A stretch of 64,000 nucleotides of DNA from an uncultured delta proteobacterium (lineage in GTDB: Bacteria; Desulfobacterota; Desulfomonilia; UBA1062), in the NCBI GenBank assembly GCA_963798485.1, contig CAWCTR010000010.1, forward strand, positions 1 through 64,000. Reading direction: 5' to 3'. A program made the translations under genes and the position numbers. Positions 59,028 through 64,000 of this stretch are shown here, piece by piece. Positions within the stretch are counted from its first letter, which is position 1. Every line of letters begins with the position of its first letter. Below the pieces are notes generated by a model. The model was given only the letters and a program-made list of their open reading frames with translations, did not search any database and was not told the origin of the DNA.

Positions 59028-60893
59028 ATGGCGAGCTTGATTTTGGATGAAAGGGATCAGCAGTTTGTTCTCTATGAGATGCTTGGGGTGGAGGAGGTAT
59101 GTGAACAACCGAAGTACGCGGATTTCTCCAAAGAGACCTTTAACATGATCCTCACCGAGGCTAGGAAGATCGCAGAGGAAGAGATCCTTCCCATACTCTC
59201 GGAGGGTGATAAGGAAGGGTGCAAGCTCATTGACGGTAATGTGCGCGTGCCTAAATGCTTTCACCGGGCATATAAGCTCTTTTGTGAAGGCGGATGGATC
59301 GGGATGTCCTTCTCCCCTGAGGAAGGAGGGCAGGGGATACCGGAGAGCGTGAAATATGCAGCTATTGAGTGGTTCTACCATAATTTCGCCTTTATTGCAT
59401 ATCCCTTTGCCACCGAAGGAGCGGCCCACCTTATCCTGACCTACGGGACCGAGGCACAGAAAAAGAAGTACATGGAGAAGATGATCCAGGGTGTCTGGGG
59501 CGGGACTATGGCGCTGACCGAACCGGGTGCAGGCACCGATGTGGGGAACCTGAGCACCAAGGCGGTCCGACAGAGTGATGGGACGTTCAAGCTCCAAGGC
59601 ACCAAGATATTCATCACCGGTGGAGACCAGGACTTGGTGGAGAACGTTATCCATCCGGTTCTTGCCAGGATCGAGGGTGACCCGGCCGGCACCAAGGGGA
59701 TTTCAATATTCATAGTTCCCAAGTATCTCGTCAACGAGGATGGCACTCTGGGAAGGCGCAATGATTATGAGATAGCCAAGATCGAAGAGAAGATGGGCAT
59801 CCATGGCAGCGCGACATGCTTGATCAATTTCGGTGATAGCAACAATTGTTATGCCGAACTGCTGGGTCAGGAGCGCGAGGGCATGAAGATCATGTTCCAG
59901 ATGATGAACGAGGCCAGGCTTGCTGTTGGCATGCAGGGCCTCTGCAGTGCATCCATCGCCTATCTGCACGCGCTGCAGTATACCAAGCAGAGGCTTCAGG
60001 GATCATCCCTCATGGAAATGAAGAACCCGTTGGCGCCGCGTGTCCCCATTATACAGCACCCGGATGTGAGAAGGATGCTCCTGTGGATGAAGTCCAACGT
60101 GGACAGCCTGAGGGCCATAACTTACTTTACGGCATACTGTTTCGACATGCATAAGATTGCAGCGGATGATGCGGAAAAGGACAAATGGCTCGGGTATGCA
60201 GAGATCCTTACCCCTATCGTAAAGGCCTACAGTTCAGACATCGGGTTCAGGGTTACAGAGACTGCCATGCAGTGCTATGGCGGATATGGCTTCTGCAGCG
60301 AATACCCGGTGGAGCAGTTCATGCGGGACGAAAAGATTGCATCCATCTATGAGGGGGCGAACGGTATCCAGGCCCTGGACCTCATCGGCAGAAAGCTGGG
60401 CATGAAGAAGGGCGCCTATTTCATGAATATACTGGGCCTCATGGGTTCTACCGTGACGAAATATAAAGACGTGAGCGGCTTGAAGGATCTTGCCGACGGT
60501 GTTCAGGCCGGGGTGAATGCCCTTGCCGATATGGGTCTTTACTTGGCGAATTGTGGCAAGGCAGGTAAGTTCTTCGTGCCCATCAGCAGCGCTTACCCCT
60601 TCCTTATGATGATGGGCAAGGTGGTATCCGGCTGGTTCCTCTTCTGGCAAGCGGGTGTTGCCAAGCAAAAGCTTGATGGGCTTGCCAGGCAGAACGGTAT
60701 TGATCCTGCCGATAAGGTGGGTCTGGCCGGGTTGGCAAAAACCAGCAAGGATGCCGCATTCTACATGGGTAAGGTTGCCGGCGCCCAGTATTTCATCAGA
60801 AATGTGCTCCCAGAGGTGGAGGCCGCAGTGAAGGCCATCAAGAACGAAGACATGTCCATCATCGAGATACCGGAAGAGAGTTTTGCCTCGTAA
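59028..60893 (+). CDS. Acyl-CoA dehydrogenase
   Basis: MALTEPGAGTD, GTKIFIT, KMGIHGS, MQCYGGYG, IYEGANGIQ. Confidence 0.93.
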   Translation: MASLILDERDQQFVLYEMLGVEEVCEQPKYADFSKETFNMILTEARKIAEEEILPILSEGDKEGCKLIDGNVRVPKCFHRAYKLFCEGGWIGMSFSPEEGGQGIPESVKYAAIEWFYHNFAFIAYPFATEGAAHLILTYGTEAQKKKYMEKMIQGVWGGTMALTEPGAGTDVGNLSTKAVRQSDGTFKLQGTKIFITGGDQDLVENVIHPVLARIEGDPAGTKGISIFIVPKYLVNEDGTLGRRNDYEIAKIEEKMGIHGSATCLINFGDSNNCYAELLGQEREGMKIMFQMMNEARLAVGMQGLCSASIAYLHALQYTKQRLQGSSLMEMKNPLAPRVPIIQHPDVRRMLLWMKSNVDSLRAITYFTAYCFDMHKIAADDAEKDKWLGYAEILTPIVKAYSSDIGFRVTETAMQCYGGYGFCSEYPVEQFMRDEKIASIYEGANGIQALDLIGRKLGMKKGAYFMNILGLMGSTVTKYKDVSGLKDLADGVQAGVNALADMGLYLANCGKAGKFFVPISSAYPFLMMMGKVVSGWFLFWQAGVAKQKLDGLARQNGIDPADKVGLAGLAKTSKDAAFYMGKVAGAQYFIRNVLPEVEAAVKAIKNEDMSIIEIPEESFAS

Positions 60894-60912
60894 CCATGTG
60901 GAGGGGGTACAT

Positions 60913-63027
60913 ATGGAAAAGCTTTTTTATCCTGAATCAATAGCGATCTTCGGGCTTTCTTCAAAATCCAGCAATATTCCCCGGATGACCCTGGAAAACA
61001 TGCTCCGCTGGGGATACCGGGGTAGGATCTTCGGGATCAATCCCAAAGGCGAGGACATTCATGTCGACGGCATAAAGATATACCGCAGTCTTACGGACCT
61101 TCCGGAAGTGCCGGACATGGCATACTGCCTTATCCCTGCCAGGTTTGTACCCGAAGTGGTCGAGCAATGCGGAAGGTTCGGCATCAAACGGATGGCGATC
61201 TCGAGCGGAGGCTTTTCCGAGTTCAGCGAAGAGGGGAGGAAGCTTTCAGAAGAGACACTCGGGGCGGCCCGGAAATGGGGGATCAGGTTCGTCGGGCCCA
61301 ATGGGGTAACGGTTGCCAACACAGCCAATGGCCTGTGTCTGCCTTTCGTCCCCCTCCACAAGGCGCCTGAGGGCGGCATGTCGGTGATAGCCCAGAGCGG
61401 AGGGGTTGCCCTCATGATGTTCAATTTTCTTGTAGACGAGAATATCGGGATGGCCAAGTTTGCGAGCATCGGGAACAAGCTCGATCTTGACGAAGTAGAC
61501 TTCCTCGAATATTTCATTTCCGACCCGGATACGAAGATCATCTGTCTGTATCTGGAGAGCATCGAAAGGGGGCAGAGGTTCATCGAGGTTGCCATGCAGA
61601 GCCCCAAGCCCATTGTTGTCCTGAAATCAAATACGACGAGCGCCGGAAGAAAGGCCGCCATGAGCCATACCGCTGCGCTCAGCAATGATGATGCAATCAT
61701 CGATACGGCCTTTGAGCGCGCTGGTGTTATCCGAATCCACGACTACCATGATTTCTTTGCTATAGTGAAGGCATTCGAGCTCCCTCCCATGAAGGGAAGG
61801 AGGGTCATGGTGATGAGCCCTGCCGGAGGGTTTTCCGTCATAACTACAGACCTTTGTGAGAAGGCGGGTTTTACCTTTGCAGACCCTGGCCGCGATTTCT
61901 ATGACAGCTTGCAGAAGTTTTCCAATGCAGGCGTCATAAAGTTCTCAAACCCGCTGGATATGGGGGATATCTATGATCCGCAGCTTTCAGCCCATGTGAT
62001 CTATTCCGTAATGCACAGCGATCAGGTTGATGGCGTGCTCTTTGTCGGTCAACGCCCACAGATGCCGGCCGGGGAAAATGTCTTTTACCGTATGTTCCTC
62101 ACCGATATGTCGAAGGAGGCCTGGGGCACGATCCTCTCCTCGGGAAAGCCTCTCGGGATATGCCTTTTTGGACCATCCAGGATGATCCTGCAGACAAAGC
62201 GGACAGTGAACTTCCCGGTTTTCAACAGCGCTGAGGAGATGGTCCGGGTCATGGCCATGCAGATGAATTTTTATGAGCACAGGTCGCGGCCTGCTTTTAA
62301 AACTGAGATGCCGACAGCGGTCCGGTTGCGTAAAGCCGACTCGTGGATTCAGGACAAGTCCGGTGACATAGGAGAAGAGACTATAGAGCTTTTGGAGACA
62401 TTCGGGGTGTCTGTAGCAAAAAGCATGGTGATTCAGGATGCCAATCAGGCTGCAAAGTATGCTCAGAAGATAGGATTTCCTGTTGTGATGAAAGTTGTCT
62501 CTCCGGATGCACTCCACAAGTCCGAAGCAGGGGGTGTTGTGCTTAATGTCAGTGATGTGGGCCAGGTAAGGCAGTCATATAAGGGGCTCCGGGATAATCT
62601 CTATGCTTACAAGAGGGATGCACGGTTCAAAGGAGTAAGGATCGGACCAATGGCGCCTGATGGATGCGATATGTTCATCGGTGCGAAATATGATGCATCG
62701 TTCGGGCCGGTTGTGTTCTTCGGAATGGGTGGTGTGTATATTGAGATCTTAAAAGATGTTGCATCTGCATTGTGCCCGACAACGCCACAGGAGGTGATGG
62801 AAAAACTGGAAAGATTGAAATCCTTCGCTTTGCTCAAGGGATACCGGGGACAAGATCCTTATGACATCGATGCGTTTGTTGATTGTGTGGTGAGGGTATC
62901 CCATCTTATGAGCAGATTCACCCGGATAGAAGAGCTTGATGTCAATCCGGTCAGGGTGTTCTCCGGAGGCAAAGGTCTCCTTGCGCTGGATGCACGAATG
63001 AGAATCAGAAAATCATCATCCGCTTGA
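60913..63027 (+). CDS. Acyl-CoA synthetase (NDP-forming), fused alpha-beta
   Basis: GPN, QSGG, SIGNKLD, SHTAAL, NPLD; ATP-grasp HKSEAGGV, FGPVV, DVNP. Confidence 0.9.
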   Translation: MEKLFYPESIAIFGLSSKSSNIPRMTLENMLRWGYRGRIFGINPKGEDIHVDGIKIYRSLTDLPEVPDMAYCLIPARFVPEVVEQCGRFGIKRMAISSGGFSEFSEEGRKLSEETLGAARKWGIRFVGPNGVTVANTANGLCLPFVPLHKAPEGGMSVIAQSGGVALMMFNFLVDENIGMAKFASIGNKLDLDEVDFLEYFISDPDTKIICLYLESIERGQRFIEVAMQSPKPIVVLKSNTTSAGRKAAMSHTAALSNDDAIIDTAFERAGVIRIHDYHDFFAIVKAFELPPMKGRRVMVMSPAGGFSVITTDLCEKAGFTFADPGRDFYDSLQKFSNAGVIKFSNPLDMGDIYDPQLSAHVIYSVMHSDQVDGVLFVGQRPQMPAGENVFYRMFLTDMSKEAWGTILSSGKPLGICLFGPSRMILQTKRTVNFPVFNSAEEMVRVMAMQMNFYEHRSRPAFKTEMPTAVRLRKADSWIQDKSGDIGEETIELLETFGVSVAKSMVIQDANQAAKYAQKIGFPVVMKVVSPDALHKSEAGGVVLNVSDVGQVRQSYKGLRDNLYAYKRDARFKGVRIGPMAPDGCDMFIGAKYDASFGPVVFFGMGGVYIEILKDVASALCPTTPQEVMEKLERLKSFALLKGYRGQDPYDIDAFVDCVVRVSHLMSRFTRIEELDVNPVRVFSGGKGLLALDARMRIRKSSSA

Positions 63028-64000
63028 TCAACCCCCGTATTTCCGGGCGTACTGTTCCACCATCCTATACTTCTGCACCTTGCCGCTCGCGGTCATGGGC
63101 ACTGATTCCACGAATTCCCAATATCTTGGTATCTTATGACGGGCTATCTTTCCCTGACAGAAGGAGATAAATTCATTGTCCGTGGCCTTCTCTCCCGGTT
63201 TTAACATAATGGCGGCAAGGACCTGCTCACCATATTTTTTATCAGGGATGCCGACTACATAGACATCCATCACCTTTGTGTTTTTACGGAGATACTCCTC
63301 GATCTCTCTGGGATATATGTTTTCACCGCCACGGATGATCATCTCCTTGATCCTGCCGGTGACCTTAAAATAACCATGTTCATCAAGGGTGCCCAGGTCG
63401 CCGGTATGGAGCCATCCATCTTTGTCAATTGCATAGGCAGTTTCATCTTGCATCTTATAATAACCCTTCATTACGCATGAGCTCCTGGTGACGATTTCAC
63501 CTTGAACATTGGGGGGAAGATCCTCTCCTGTCGCCGGGTCTATGATTTTGCCCTCTATGTCAGGCAGCAGCCTCCCAACGGTTGCAACCCTCAAGTCGAT
63601 AGGATCACCCCTCCTTGTCATGGTCATCACCGGAGAGGATTCGGTCTGACCGAAAGCGATCACGACTTCAGGACAATGCATTATCTCTATTACCTGATTC
63701 ATCGTCTCAATCGGGCAGGGTGCCCCGGCCATGATGCCTGTCCTGAGGGACTTCATTGAATACTTGCTGAAATCCGCATGACCAAGGATAGTGATGAACA
63801 TGGTGGGGACCCCGTTAATCGCAGTGCACTTCTCCTGCTCGATGTATCTCAATGCCTTTGCAGGATCAAAATACTCCACAAGCACCATGGTTGAACCGTG
63901 CACCATACAGTTAAGCGAGCTCATGACGCAGCCGAAGCAGTGGAAGAGGGGGACCTGTATAAGCAACCGGTCTTTCTCGGTCATACCCATGACATCGCCG
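63028..64000 (-). CDS. AMP-binding acyl-CoA synthetase (partial; runs off the window)
   Basis: PLFHCFG, FGQTE, GWLHTGD, IIRGGENIYP, TASGKVQK. Confidence 0.92.
   Translation of the reverse strand, partial: GDVMGMTEKDRLLIQVPLFHCFGCVMSSLNCMVHGSTMVLVEYFDPAKALRYIEQEKCTAINGVPTMFITILGHADFSKYSMKSLRTGIMAGAPCPIETMNQVIEIMHCPEVVIAFGQTESSPVMTMTRRGDPIDLRVATVGRLLPDIEGKIIDPATGEDLPPNVQGEIVTRSSCVMKGYYKMQDETAYAIDKDGWLHTGDLGTLDEHGYFKVTGRIKEMIIRGGENIYPREIEEYLRKNTKVMDVYVVGIPDKKYGEQVLAAIMLKPGEKATDNEFISFCQGKIARHKIPRYWEFVESVPMTASGKVQKYRMVEQYARKYGG

Noticed and set aside
43454-64000. Numerous short antisense and alternative-frame ORFs in the track
   Set aside because: They overlap well-supported genes and carry no motifs of their own

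Overview
About 64 kb of an anaerobic bacterial chromosome. The gene content (acyl-CoA dehydrogenases and ligases, Fe-S proteins, selenoproteins) suggests a deltaproteobacterium/Desulfobacterota; this is an inference. The window has two parts. (1) From ~1 to 35.6 kb is an accessory region. It opens with a defence-like block (HNH nuclease, PHP+ABC-ATPase, FRG protein, and an AT-rich AAA ATPase behind an attC-like site), followed by a RAYT-type HUH/Y1 tyrosine transposase flanked by inverted repeats. More than 30 short repeats (manual count) of four related subtypes with a GGGG(A/T)C(A/G)(G/C) core sit at most gene or operon boundaries from 4.5 to 28.2 kb. They appear as empty doublets and filled pairs, carry stutter duplications just 5' of the core, and accompany truncated genes. 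One repeat-plus-Fic-3'-end unit is present twice with mostly synonymous divergence. Together this looks like a transposase-associated, integron-like gene-cassette platform, which is the main candidate novel system. Two selenoproteins with in-frame UGA (GrdB-like UxxC; rhodanese CxU) are split or truncated in the ORF track. (2) From ~36 to 64 kb is mostly ordinary gene content (BaeSR-like pair, YgiQ, metF, galE, prc, cutA, fatty-acid metabolism) without these repeats. No rRNA, tRNA or CRISPR array was recognised. All coordinates and counts were read by eye.
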